In this document: positions 38,478 to 46,765 of the stretch, in pieces
Layout: every line of letters begins with the position of its first letter
How positions within the stretch are numbered: position 1 is the stretch's first letter
NCBI GenBank assembly: GCA_963747115.1
Contig: CAVVEB010000019.1
Span: 76,704-140,703, forward strand
Source of the DNA: an uncultured delta proteobacterium
Lineage (GTDB): Bacteria; Desulfobacterota; Binatia; Binatales; Binataceae
Direction of reading: 5' to 3'
DNA length: 64,000 nt
Notes under the pieces: generated by a model
The model's input: the letters and a program-made list of their open reading frames with translations, nothing else
What the model was told of the DNA's origin: nothing
Databases searched by the model: none
Position numbers and translations under genes: made by a program

Positions 38478-39536
38478 TCAATTCGAAATCCCCCTGCGCA
38501 AACCTGGCCCGACCGAACGCGCGACTCGAATCGGCATGTAGCGCCAGATTTTGCTGATGGTCTGCAGGCTCTTGCGGCTGCGCGGCGCCGCGGCATTCGG
38601 CGTGAGATACAGCGTGCTCCAATACGGTTGCACCGCTTTCGGACCCCATTGCCGTTTGAACTCGAAGATTCCTGAATCGACCGTCGAGCGTCCGAAGTCG
38701 AAGGTATGGCATCCACGCTCGATTCCGAGGCGAATGGCGCTCCAGTACAGAGCGTTGGTGCCATACAGAGGACGTGCTTGGAGATTGGCGCCGCTCCACG
38801 GCAGCCCCATCGATCCTTTGAATTCGAATGCGAGACCCGCCGCGATCACGCGATGGTCGTAGCGGATCAAAATCAGGGCAAGGAACTCGCGCAACTGCGA
38901 GGTAACCTGGCGAAAGTATTCGCGGCCGTGCGTCGGCGAACCCAGGTCGCGCATGTTCTCCGAATACACCGCGAAGAATTCCTCGAGCTTTGCCGCATCG
39001 CCGGGATCGACGATCTCGGTCTTGAGCCCGATCTTCTCGCATCGCTTCAGACGGTTGCGCCGCTCCGAGGGCAGCAGCTTGAGCTGTTCCTCGGCCCGCG
39101 AAGCAAGCGGGAGGTGCTGTGCGACTTTCTCGGTGCTCAATTCGAACGGATGCGGCATCTTGTCGAGGCTGCGAACGTGCAGCCGCTTGGCCTTCATATG
39201 CTTTGCCAGCTCATGGGCGCGGGCGAGAAGCTGGGTATCCGCGTCTTCGCGCTCCGCCGCCGCGATCCCGTCGCGGTGACAGATACCGCCGTAGTCGAGG
39301 TACGGCATCGACACCAGCTCGTTGCCGTAAATGAAGCTTTTGACAAAGATGAACGGCGCCCCCGCGATCGCTTCGCCGCGATCGTTCTCGGCGATCAGGT
39401 AAAACGGCCGATATCCGTACGCGCAACCGACAACCGCGCGCCATTGCCATAGGTGACCGTTGGTCGCATCGGCACTGCCGGCGACCAAACGCTCCCAGTC
39501 GGCGCGACGATTCTCGTCGCAAAGTGCAACTTTCAA
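38478..39536 (-). CDS. FemAB-like / GNAT-fold acyl(aminoacyl)transferase of the type associated with PEP-CTERM EPS loci
   Basis: About 350 aa with WQWRAVVGCAYGYRPFYLIAE, ELVSMPYLDYGGI and CHTFDFGRS blocks, as in FemAB-related EPS-locus proteins. Confidence 0.7.
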   Translation of the reverse strand: MKVALCDENRRADWERLVAGSADATNGHLWQWRAVVGCAYGYRPFYLIAENDRGEAIAGAPFIFVKSFIYGNELVSMPYLDYGGICHRDGIAAAEREDADTQLLARAHELAKHMKAKRLHVRSLDKMPHPFELSTEKVAQHLPLASRAEEQLKLLPSERRNRLKRCEKIGLKTEIVDPGDAAKLEEFFAVYSENMRDLGSPTHGREYFRQVTSQLREFLALILIRYDHRVIAAGLAFEFKGSMGLPWSGANLQARPLYGTNALYWSAIRLGIERGCHTFDFGRSTVDSGIFEFKRQWGPKAVQPYWSTLYLTPNAAAPRSRKSLQTISKIWRYMPIRVARSVGPGLRRGISN

Positions 39537-39552
39537 ATGCTCTCCCCCGAAC

Positions 39553-40677
39553 CTAAAGGTTCCGCGGTTTCCAGATCACCGGAACCTCACCCGAAAAACA
39601 CCGCCACAGCCCGATCGCCTGCGCACAGTTCAGCGCCACGAACTGATATGCGAAGCTGGCCTTTCCCTCGAGACCGAGACGCCTCGCAATCATCCCCATT
39701 CCAACACTGATGGCGAACAATATTTCCGCGGCACTTGCGACCGCGAAGATCCCGCCCACCCTCGCCAGCACCAGGCTCGATATCAATGCCGCCGCGAGCA
39801 GCGGCGCGGTGAGCCAACGCAACAGTTTGTGCGAGGTCAGCACCGCGATCGAGCGCCATCGTTGTTCGCGAAACAACTCCGGCAGGAATCGAAAATACAC
39901 TGTCGCCGCTTGCGAAACCATCCTTACCTGGCGGGAAAATTCGCCGTCGGTGGAAAAATCCTCAACGCAGACCGCCTCGCGCACCATGATCGAATTGGAG
40001 TGCTGCAACGCCACCAGGATCGGATGCATGAAGTCGTTGATGAGTTCCGGAGCTTGCGCCTGAAACAGCGCGCTGCGCATCGCGTAGATCGCGCCATCGG
40101 CCGCGACCACCCCGAGGCGCGATTCATAGACCCGCAGAAGCTGCTCGTAACGCTGATATACCGACCCGATGGTGCCGTCGGGATAGCGCGAGATTCCGGT
40201 TACCAGCCCGATCGACGGGTCGGTGAAGGGCCGCGCGAGTTCGGTCAACGCCTGCGCCTCGAACATCGCGTTGGCGTCGGTGAAAACCAGAATTTCTCCG
40301 CTCGCATGCTTCACCGCCGAGTTGAGCGCCGCGCCCTTTCCCGCCCTGCTCGATTGCTGCAGCACGCGCACCCGGCCCGACGCGAAGGTCTTCGCGATTT
40401 CCACCGTCCGATCGTCGCAGCCGTCGGAGATCACGATCATCTCCGCGCTGCCCGGATAGTCGGAGCGCAGGAAGTTCGAAATCTTTTGCGCGATGACGCG
40501 CTCTTCGTTGTAGACCGCGAGGATCAAGGACAGCGACGGCCACTTTTCAGGCGAAGCCGCATCCGAACCCTTGCGCTCGATCCCATATATAGAAGAGAGG
40601 GCCGCGAGCAGGATCGGGTAAAGGACATACGCGTAGAGCAATAGCCCCGAGCTTATATAGAAGACCGCGCGCAACAT
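39553..40677 (-). CDS. membrane-bound family 2 glycosyltransferase
   Basis: N-terminal TM, LSLILAVYNEERVI, MIVISDGCDDRT, GKGAALNSAV and ILVFTDANAMF (DxD), plus C-terminal TM segments. Confidence 0.85.
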   Translation of the reverse strand: MLRAVFYISSGLLLYAYVLYPILLAALSSIYGIERKGSDAASPEKWPSLSLILAVYNEERVIAQKISNFLRSDYPGSAEMIVISDGCDDRTVEIAKTFASGRVRVLQQSSRAGKGAALNSAVKHASGEILVFTDANAMFEAQALTELARPFTDPSIGLVTGISRYPDGTIGSVYQRYEQLLRVYESRLGVVAADGAIYAMRSALFQAQAPELINDFMHPILVALQHSNSIMVREAVCVEDFSTDGEFSRQVRMVSQAATVYFRFLPELFREQRWRSIAVLTSHKLLRWLTAPLLAAALISSLVLARVGGIFAVASAAEILFAISVGMGMIARRLGLEGKASFAYQFVALNCAQAIGLWRCFSGEVPVIWKPRNL

Positions 40678-40697
40678 TTTTTGGTCAGGCGCCCGAC

Positions 40698-41891
40698 TCA
40701 GGCGGCCCGGCCCTCCTTCACCCCGCCCGTCAACTCGCGGTAGACCGAGATCGTTTCTTCGACCTGCTTTCGCAGCGCGAAATTCTCATGCACGTATTTG
40801 CGGCCCGCCGCGCCGAGCTCCGATGCCCGCGCGGGATTGCCCAGCAGCCGCTCGATCGCCGCCGCGATCGCCGCCGGATCTCCCGGCGCCACCAGCAGCC
40901 CGGTCTCCCCGTCGATCACCACTTCCGGAGTCCCATCGACCGCGGTCGCGATGAGCGCCTTGCCCGCCGCCAATGCCTCGATCGCGACCAGCGGCAAGCC
41001 TTCGTAGAGCGACGGCAGCACCACGATGTCCGCGGCTTCGAGCAGTTGGGGAACGTCGTCGCGATAGCCGAGGAATCTGACCCGGCCCGCGAGCCCGAGC
41101 GCGGCGCATTGCGCGCGAATCGCGGCCTCCAGCGGACCCTCGCCCGCGAGCAATAAAATCAATCGCGGCCAGCGCGCGGAAATCTGTCCGATCGCCTCGA
41201 TCAAAAAGCGATGTCCCTTCTGATCGTCGAAGCGCGCCAGCGTCAGCAGCACCTGCTCCTCGGCGAGGCCGAGTTCGCGGCGCGTGCCGGCGCGATGCTC
41301 GCCGCCCGCCGCGCTATAGCGTCCGAGGTCGCGGCCGTTGTGAATGACGCGAATTTTGGTCCGCGGCACGCCTTTGTTTTCGATCAGATGACGCGCGGCG
41401 GCGTGCGAAACCGCGATGTATCGATCGATGAGGCGGCCGACCTGCCGATCGACCCAGAAGTTGCCGCGCAACTTTTTCCCCATCCTCCAGACTTCGGGTC
41501 CGTGACAGGTCTCGACGATCGCCGGCACTCCAGCCACCCGCGCGGCGGCCGAAGCGAACAGGCTCGCGATGAACAAATGGCAATGCAGGAGCGCAACCTT
41601 CTCCTGCCGCACGAAGCGCGCGAGCTGAGCGCCCGCTTTCAGATCAAAAGGGGAGGAAAATTCTACTGGCAGGCATTTGACCTGCGCCGCCGCGAGCTCC
41701 GTCGCCATCGCGGTCAGAAGTGCTTGCGGCGCGGCCAGGCACGGGGTGAAGCCGAATTCCCGCAGCGATACCAACAGCGACAGCGCATGTTCCTCGGCGC
41801 CGCCGCGAACCCTGCTGGTTAGCAGGTGCAGCACCGCTCGCGAGGGACGGGATACGCCCGGTACGCTACAGTCCAATTCCATCCTGTTCAT
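40698..41891 (-). CDS. family 4 (GT-B) glycosyltransferase
   Basis: LLLAGEGPLEAAI, VRFLGYRDDVPQLLEAADIVVLPSLYEGLPLVAIEALAAGKALIAT and GETGLLV (EX7E region). Confidence 0.9.
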   Translation of the reverse strand: MNRMELDCSVPGVSRPSRAVLHLLTSRVRGGAEEHALSLLVSLREFGFTPCLAAPQALLTAMATELAAAQVKCLPVEFSSPFDLKAGAQLARFVRQEKVALLHCHLFIASLFASAAARVAGVPAIVETCHGPEVWRMGKKLRGNFWVDRQVGRLIDRYIAVSHAAARHLIENKGVPRTKIRVIHNGRDLGRYSAAGGEHRAGTRRELGLAEEQVLLTLARFDDQKGHRFLIEAIGQISARWPRLILLLAGEGPLEAAIRAQCAALGLAGRVRFLGYRDDVPQLLEAADIVVLPSLYEGLPLVAIEALAAGKALIATAVDGTPEVVIDGETGLLVAPGDPAAIAAAIERLLGNPARASELGAAGRKYVHENFALRKQVEETISVYRELTGGVKEGRAA

Positions 41892-42600
41892 CCGTAAGCG
41901 ACGGATGAAGCGCGAACGCTAAAGATATTACGGCCCCGTGAAACTTAGAGCACGAACGGCTTGCCATAATGGGCAAAAACAGCCCTATTTGCCGTTACAG
42001 AATGTTATCCGATGAGGTCGATTTGTTGAAAGTTGACCGCTGGGCAAGGGCGGCACGTGAAAATTAACCGATCTTTAACCTAACGTTAGCTTTGGTCCTC
42101 ACCCGAAACGCGTGCGGCTAATCCTGCGCACTACGACGATAAACTACGCACCCCCTTCGCCTTTGATGACTCAACCAACTCCATCTATGGCACAGCATAG
42201 CCGAAATCCCAGCATTCATATAAGTATCCCTGCAACTCCCCATCATGGTTACAAATAGCCATCCAGATCGCATTTTACGCATACATTTGTAGCGCACTTT
42301 TCTCGACACCCATCTATTATCGGCCCCGTTAATGGGGTGATGGGGTCCGTTGCAATCCACTCTGGTAGCTTTTGCGTATATGTGTCCGAGGGGGACAGCG
42401 CTGAGTGCGAAACGGGCTTGAATTTTAATTGCCGGGGGGTAGCCTTTGCACCAGCGCTAACCCGATACCGGAAAGGAGGTTCTCGTTTCCGTACGTAAGG
42501 TCCCCGGTTAGTTCTGCGGGGGAACAGAATGGTTCTGAATGGGTTGTTCTTTTGGCTCTAGGGTTTTCGTCTAACACCAAATCTTATTTGGGGAGGCAGT

Positions 42601-43992
42601 ATGAAACGTTCTTTTCTTTCATTCGCATTAGCGGGCGCCGTGGGTTTGGGCATGCTCGCAAGTGCATCGATGGCATCAGCCACTTGCACGCAGTTGGGAG
42701 GCCATAACTACGCCATCAGGCTGGTCGGCGCCGAGGTCGATGACAGTACGCCTGGCGATCCGAAGCCGGCTCCGATCGCGGCGGTGGGTGTTATCGCGGT
42801 AGCCGCATCGCCCGCATGCACGATAACCGGCAAAATCATCTACAACGATGACGGAACCTTCACTGGCCCGACCTCTTCGCCATACGCTCTCTTCAACGGC
42901 AGCAACAACCTTAGTGGATTCGTTTCCTTCGACAACAACAACCAGGGCGTGCTGTCGTTGACTCAGAGCCCCGGTGGAATGGGTGCGGCGACCTTCGGAA
43001 TCTTCGCCGAAGCCGGGTATGCGGAGTTCCGCGGCGCCCGCGTCGACGGAAATCCGGGTAACCCTCTGGGCATAACCGGTGAGAAGCAGGGGACGATTCC
43101 GGCGCCTGTGGCTCCGGCTACGATCTCCGCGACCTTCCTTAACAGCGCTGCGTTTTCATTCGAAGGCGGTCAATCAACCGGCGGAGTTCTCGGATTCGGC
43201 GACGGTGCAGTTGCAGGAACGGTGGATATTAACCTCAACCCCTCCGGCAGTGGAGTGGCTCGAGCCGGCGGCGATCTCGACTACAACAACAACGGCGGCA
43301 CGATTAATGCCACCCCAATCCTCCCGGCTGGCGACGGTGCGTTTGTTTGCGACTTCGACCAGAGCTACGTAGACACGGACACCACTCTTGGTTACGAAGA
43401 TACCGTGGCGGTCTTTAACAGCGATTTCATGTGCCCTATCGCGAATATTGCGGACTACACTTCCTCAGTTGTGTGGGGCCCGGTCAACGCGTCGGCGTGG
43501 ATCATCACGACCGCCTCAAACACCGGCGCTGGTCCGGCTCCGTTCCAGGGCGTTTCAACCGGCCAGGCAGGCAAAATCATCCAGTACCACGTAGGGATCT
43601 CTCCGGGAGCGGCCGTGGTTCATTCGACCGGCGCGCCTGTGACCCTGACCATCACCAACGGACTCGGAAAACCGTTTGACTACTCGTCAATCACTCTGAG
43701 TTCTGGACTGAGCGGATTCGTAACCATCGCGGCGCTCGGCCCGATCCCCTGCAACACCGGCGCTAGCAATGTTGGTGCGCAAAACCCGATTCTTCCGGCG
43801 GGCGCCAACCAGTGCACGATTTCGTTGGTTAACAGCGGTACTCCGTGCACAGCTTCGGGCCCCAACCACATCACTGGTGGACCTGGAGGAGCAGGATTTG
43901 GACAGGTGATCATCGGTAGTCCGCAAGCCGCGATCGCCCCGTCTGGTACGCCGCTCAATTCCTTTGCCTACAACGTAACCTGCACACATTAA
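42601..43992 (+). CDS. secreted hypothetical protein (Gly/Thr/Asn-rich, multiple Cys)
   Basis: GGGGAGG lies 6-7 nt before the ATG. It has the signal peptide MKRSFLSFALAGAVGLGMLASASMASA and is followed by a strong terminator. I recognised no family motif. Confidence 0.6.
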   Translation: MKRSFLSFALAGAVGLGMLASASMASATCTQLGGHNYAIRLVGAEVDDSTPGDPKPAPIAAVGVIAVAASPACTITGKIIYNDDGTFTGPTSSPYALFNGSNNLSGFVSFDNNNQGVLSLTQSPGGMGAATFGIFAEAGYAEFRGARVDGNPGNPLGITGEKQGTIPAPVAPATISATFLNSAAFSFEGGQSTGGVLGFGDGAVAGTVDINLNPSGSGVARAGGDLDYNNNGGTINATPILPAGDGAFVCDFDQSYVDTDTTLGYEDTVAVFNSDFMCPIANIADYTSSVVWGPVNASAWIITTASNTGAGPAPFQGVSTGQAGKIIQYHVGISPGAAVVHSTGAPVTLTITNGLGKPFDYSSITLSSGLSGFVTIAALGPIPCNTGASNVGAQNPILPAGANQCTISLVNSGTPCTASGPNHITGGPGGAGFGQVIIGSPQAAIAPSGTPLNSFAYNVTCTH

Positions 43993-44027
43993 TTCGAATT
44001 AACCTCACATATTTGAAGTGAGCCGTC

Positions 44028-44064
44028 GGGGCGGGCCAGCAATGGCCCGCCCCGATTCTTTTTT
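44028..44064 (+). terminator. rho-independent terminator
   Basis: GGGGCGGGCC-agcaat-GGCCCGCCCC perfect 10-bp GC stem, followed by GATTCTTTTTT. Confidence 0.85.
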
Positions 44065-44205
44065 GCCGGGCCGCCCGCCTCCAAGCTTCTGGCAGGGGCG
44101 GTTCGCCGTTTGGTATACAAGGTGGGTTGATTGGAGAGGCAAAACAAAAAACCCGACTGTTTCCGGGAGATCAGCCGGGAGCAGCAAAGGCGCGGAGGAG
44201 ATTAA

Positions 44206-44571
44206 GTGAGTTCGAGATCATTGGCAGTCTGGTTGTGGGTCGCAGTCGCGTCGGCACTCGGTTACGCGCCGGCTTGGGCGCAGGATGCTCCCCTGCATCT
44301 GGAATGCGAGCAGCGCGCCTTGGGCGGCAGCGGGCAGACTACGCAGCGGACTTTTATAATCGACGAAAAGGCGGGTACTGCCACGACCTCCTCTAACGGT
44401 GAAGGGTTAGCCCTGGAAGGAAAAAGCACTCCGGACCAGTACATCTTTCGGGGAGGCAGCAAGCCGAAAGAGTTTACGGCTCTAATCGACCGGCGCACTG
44501 GGACGTTAGTTGTTCATCAAGGAGCGACCACCTACGTGGGCAAATGTCCGGCGCTCGCGCCAAAGCCCTGA
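44206..44571 (+). CDS. small secreted hypothetical protein
   Basis: GTG start 6 nt after GGAGGAG. Signal peptide LAVWLWVAVASALGYAPAWAQD, mature part about 95 aa. No family recognised. Confidence 0.5.
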   Translation: MSSRSLAVWLWVAVASALGYAPAWAQDAPLHLECEQRALGGSGQTTQRTFIIDEKAGTATTSSNGEGLALEGKSTPDQYIFRGGSKPKEFTALIDRRTGTLVVHQGATTYVGKCPALAPKP

Positions 44572-44704
44572 CGTGACGGCGAGTTGTTTGCGTTACTCCT
44601 GGCAGGGACGGTTCCGGTAGCGTGACGGCCGGATGAGAGCGGGAGGGCGTCCTCGCCCGACGGTGATGGAGTGGCACCACCTATTCCTGCGCATCGCTCT
44701 TTTT

Positions 44705-44887
44705 GTCATCCAGAAGCAAGCGCAGCGCCGCTGAAGGATCTCGTGGCCTCACAAAACAAAGTCGCGCCGTTGATCCGCACCGTGAGCGACCCCCGGATGA
44801 TCACTCGCATTCGCATGCTGAAAGCAACACTCGCTACCGGCACTCACCCGAGATCCTTCGGCATCGCTCCGCTCACCTCTGGATGAC
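44705..44887. mobile_element. MITE-like 183-bp element with ~39-bp terminal inverted repeats (second copy 45870-46052)
   Basis: The left end GTCATCCAGAAGCAAGCGCAGCGCCGCTGAAGGATCTCG and the reverse complement of the right end GTCATCCAGAGGTGAGCGGAGCGATGCCGAAGGATCTCG agree at about 31 of 39 positions. Confidence 0.55.
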
Positions 44888-45033
44888 AAGGGAAAAGAAC
44901 GGCGTTCGCGGCGATTCGTGGCGTGCGATCACCGCGCGCAACGCGCGGCTCTCAGCTGGCCGGCGCGATGGTCGCTCTTGCGATTCGCGACAACCGTGCC
45001 AGTCGGATGAGAGCGGCGCGCGCTGCCTCGCGG

Positions 45034-45243
45034 CCGCTCTTCTTACAAGACGCCGCCTCTTCTAATGTCATCCTGAGGGTCGTCCCGAAGGACCTACGCG
45101 GAGCGACCGCGAGGCACGCCGAGCGGTCGCCCTTCTTACAAGACGCCGCCTCTTCTAATGTCATCCTGAGGGTCGTCCCGAAGGACCTACGCGGAGCGAC
45201 CGCGAGGCACGCCGAGCGGTCGCCCTGAGCGCAGCGAGGGGCC
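45034..45243. repeat. left inverted repeat of GIY-YIG module A (contains a 93-nt internal tandem duplication, 45039-45131 / 45132-45224)
   Basis: CCGCTCTTCTTACAAG...AATGTCATCCTGAGGGTCGTCCCGAAGGACCTACGCGGAGCGACCGCGAGGCACGCCGAGCGGTCGCC...GAGGGGCC. Its reverse complement recurs at 45577-45693. Confidence 0.85.
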
Positions 45244-45265
45244 CACGCGAAGCGATGGTCTGAGA

Positions 45266-45577
45266 ATGCGCAATAACTATTTCATCTATTTACTGACGAA
45301 TCGCACGCATACCCTTTACATCGGAGTTACGGACAATCTTGAGCAGCGGCTCGAGGAGCATCGCGCCGGATTTGCTTCGGTGTTCACCGCCAAGTACAAA
45401 ATTCATCGCCTGGTTTATTTCGAACAATTCGATGACATCGTTTACGCCATCGCGCGGGAGAAACAACTCAAAGGGTGGCTTCGGCGCAGGAAGATCGAGC
45501 TGATTGAGAGTATGAATCCGCGATGGACTGATTTGAGCCTTGAAATGTTTCCGAGCAAGGGGCATCGCTCCCCATAG
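45266..45577 (+). CDS. GIY-YIG nuclease-domain protein (UPF0213/YhbQ-like, 103 aa)
   Basis: YFIYLLTNRTHTLYIGVTDNLEQRLEEHR (GIY...YIG plus a conserved Arg/Glu helix) and EKQLKGWLRRRKIELIE (the typical REKQLKxW block). Confidence 0.85.
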   Translation: MRNNYFIYLLTNRTHTLYIGVTDNLEQRLEEHRAGFASVFTAKYKIHRLVYFEQFDDIVYAIAREKQLKGWLRRRKIELIESMNPRWTDLSLEMFPSKGHRSP

Positions 45578-45693
45578 GTCCTTCGCTTCGCTCAGGACGA
45601 CCGCTCGGCGTGCCTCGCGGTCGCTCCGCGTAGGTCCTTCGGGACGACCCTCAGGATGACATTGAGAGAGGCATGGCCTTGTAAGAAGAGCGG
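45577..45693. repeat. right inverted repeat of GIY-YIG module A
   Basis: The reverse complement equals the left repeat at about 90% identity over about 117 nt. It begins at the last base of the GIY-YIG stop codon. Confidence 0.85.
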
Positions 45694-46198
45694 CACACTC
45701 GCAGGCTTCGTGGCGCGCGATCACCGCGCGCAACGCGCGGCTCTCATCTGGCCGGCGCGATGGTCGCTCCTTGGCTTGCGACCAGCGTGACGGCCGGATG
45801 AGAGCGGGAGGGCGTCCTCGCCCGACGGTGATGGAGTGCCACCACCTATTCCTGCGCATCGCTCTTTTTGTCATCCAGAAGCAAGCGCAGCGCCGCTGAA
45901 GGATCTCGTGGCCCCACAAAACAAAGTCGCGCCGTTGATCCGCACCGTGAGCGACCCCCGGATGATCACTCGCATTCGCATGCTGAAAGCAACACTCGCT
46001 ACCGGCACTCACCCGAGATCCTTCGGCATCGCTCCGCTCACCTCTGGATGACAAGGGAAAAGAACGGCGTTCGCGGCGATTCGTGGCGTGCGATCACCGC
46101 GCGCAACGCGCGGCTCTCATCTGGCCGGCGCGATGGTCGCTCTTGCGGTTCGCGACAACCGTGCCAGTCGGATGAGAGCGGCGCGCGCTGCCTCGCGG

Positions 46199-46315
46199 CC
46201 GCTCTTCTTACAAGACGCCGCCTCTTCTAATGTCATCCTGAGGGTCGTCCCGAAGGACCTACGCGGAGCGACCGCGAGGCACGCCGAGCGGTCGCCCTGA
46301 GCGCAGCGAGGGGCC
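46199..46315. repeat. left inverted repeat of GIY-YIG module B (single 93-nt unit)
   Basis: Same sequence as 45034-45243 but without the internal 93-nt duplication. Confidence 0.85.
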
Positions 46316-46337
46316 CACGCGAAGCGATGGTCTGAGA

Positions 46338-46649
46338 ATGCGCAATAACTATTTCATCTATTTACTGACGAATCGCACGCATACCCTTTACATCGGAGTT
46401 ACGGACAATCTTGAGCAGCGGCTCGAGGAGCATCGCGCCGGATTTGCTTCGGTGTTCACCGCCAAGTACAAAATTCATCGCCTGGTTTATTTCGAACAAT
46501 TCGATGACATCGTTTACGCCATCGCGCGGGAGAAACAACTCAAAGGGTGGCTTCGGCGCAGGAAGATCGAGCTGATTGAGAGTATGAATCCGCGATGGAC
46601 TGATTTGAGCCTTGAAATGTTTCCGAGCAAGGGGCATCGCTCCCCATAG
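46338..46649 (+). CDS. GIY-YIG nuclease-domain protein (identical second copy)
   Basis: The listed translation is identical to 45266..45577. Confidence 0.85.
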   Translation: MRNNYFIYLLTNRTHTLYIGVTDNLEQRLEEHRAGFASVFTAKYKIHRLVYFEQFDDIVYAIAREKQLKGWLRRRKIELIESMNPRWTDLSLEMFPSKGHRSP

Positions 46650-46765
46650 GTCCTTCGCTTCGCTCAGGACGACCGCTCGGCGTGCCTCGCGGTCGCTCCG
46701 CGTAGGTCCTTCGGGACGACCCTCAGGATGACATTGAGAGAGGCATGGCCTTGTAAGAAGAGCGG
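46649..46765. repeat. right inverted repeat of GIY-YIG module B
   Basis: Same sequence as 45577-45693. Confidence 0.85.

Noticed and set aside
39460-40644. Long shadow ORFs antisense to real genes. These include 39460..40644(+), 23600..24862(-), 11355..12461(+), 55837..56685(-), 36732..37703(-), 38706..39452(+) and 49606..50442(+).
   Set aside because: Their composition is Arg/Gly/Pro/His-rich and they have no recognisable motifs. They fully overlap strongly supported genes on the opposite strand or in another frame, which is typical of high-GC DNA.
42188-42202. Sigma-54 promoter-like TGGCACAGCATAGCC about 400 nt upstream of 42601, and a similar TGGCACAGATTAGCG at 12673-12687. I also noted GGAATTTTCAGTTGCA near 15220.
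   Set aside because: The -24 TGGCAC is good, but the GC of the -12 element is displaced by one base (too close in the first two, too far in the third) from the invariant spacing. The 12673 site also points at no plus-strand gene.
42118-42360. 80-aa minus-strand ORF and possible riboswitch-like structure in the 700-bp leader before 42601.
   Set aside because: The ORF has no RBS and a Cys/Arg/Trp-rich composition. I could not match the leader to any riboswitch consensus by eye (for example the c-di-GMP GEMM motifs are absent), so I make no ncRNA claim.
44671-46300. ORFs reading through the repeat region. These are 44671..44886, 44703..45065 and 44923..45228 with their copies 45836.., 45868.. 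and 46088.., plus the long minus-strand ORFs 45290..46054 and 46362..46961.
   Set aside because: They are composed of the inverted or MITE-like repeat sequences, or lie antisense to the GIY-YIG gene. They have no RBS or motifs, and the duplicated copies simply reflect the DNA duplication.
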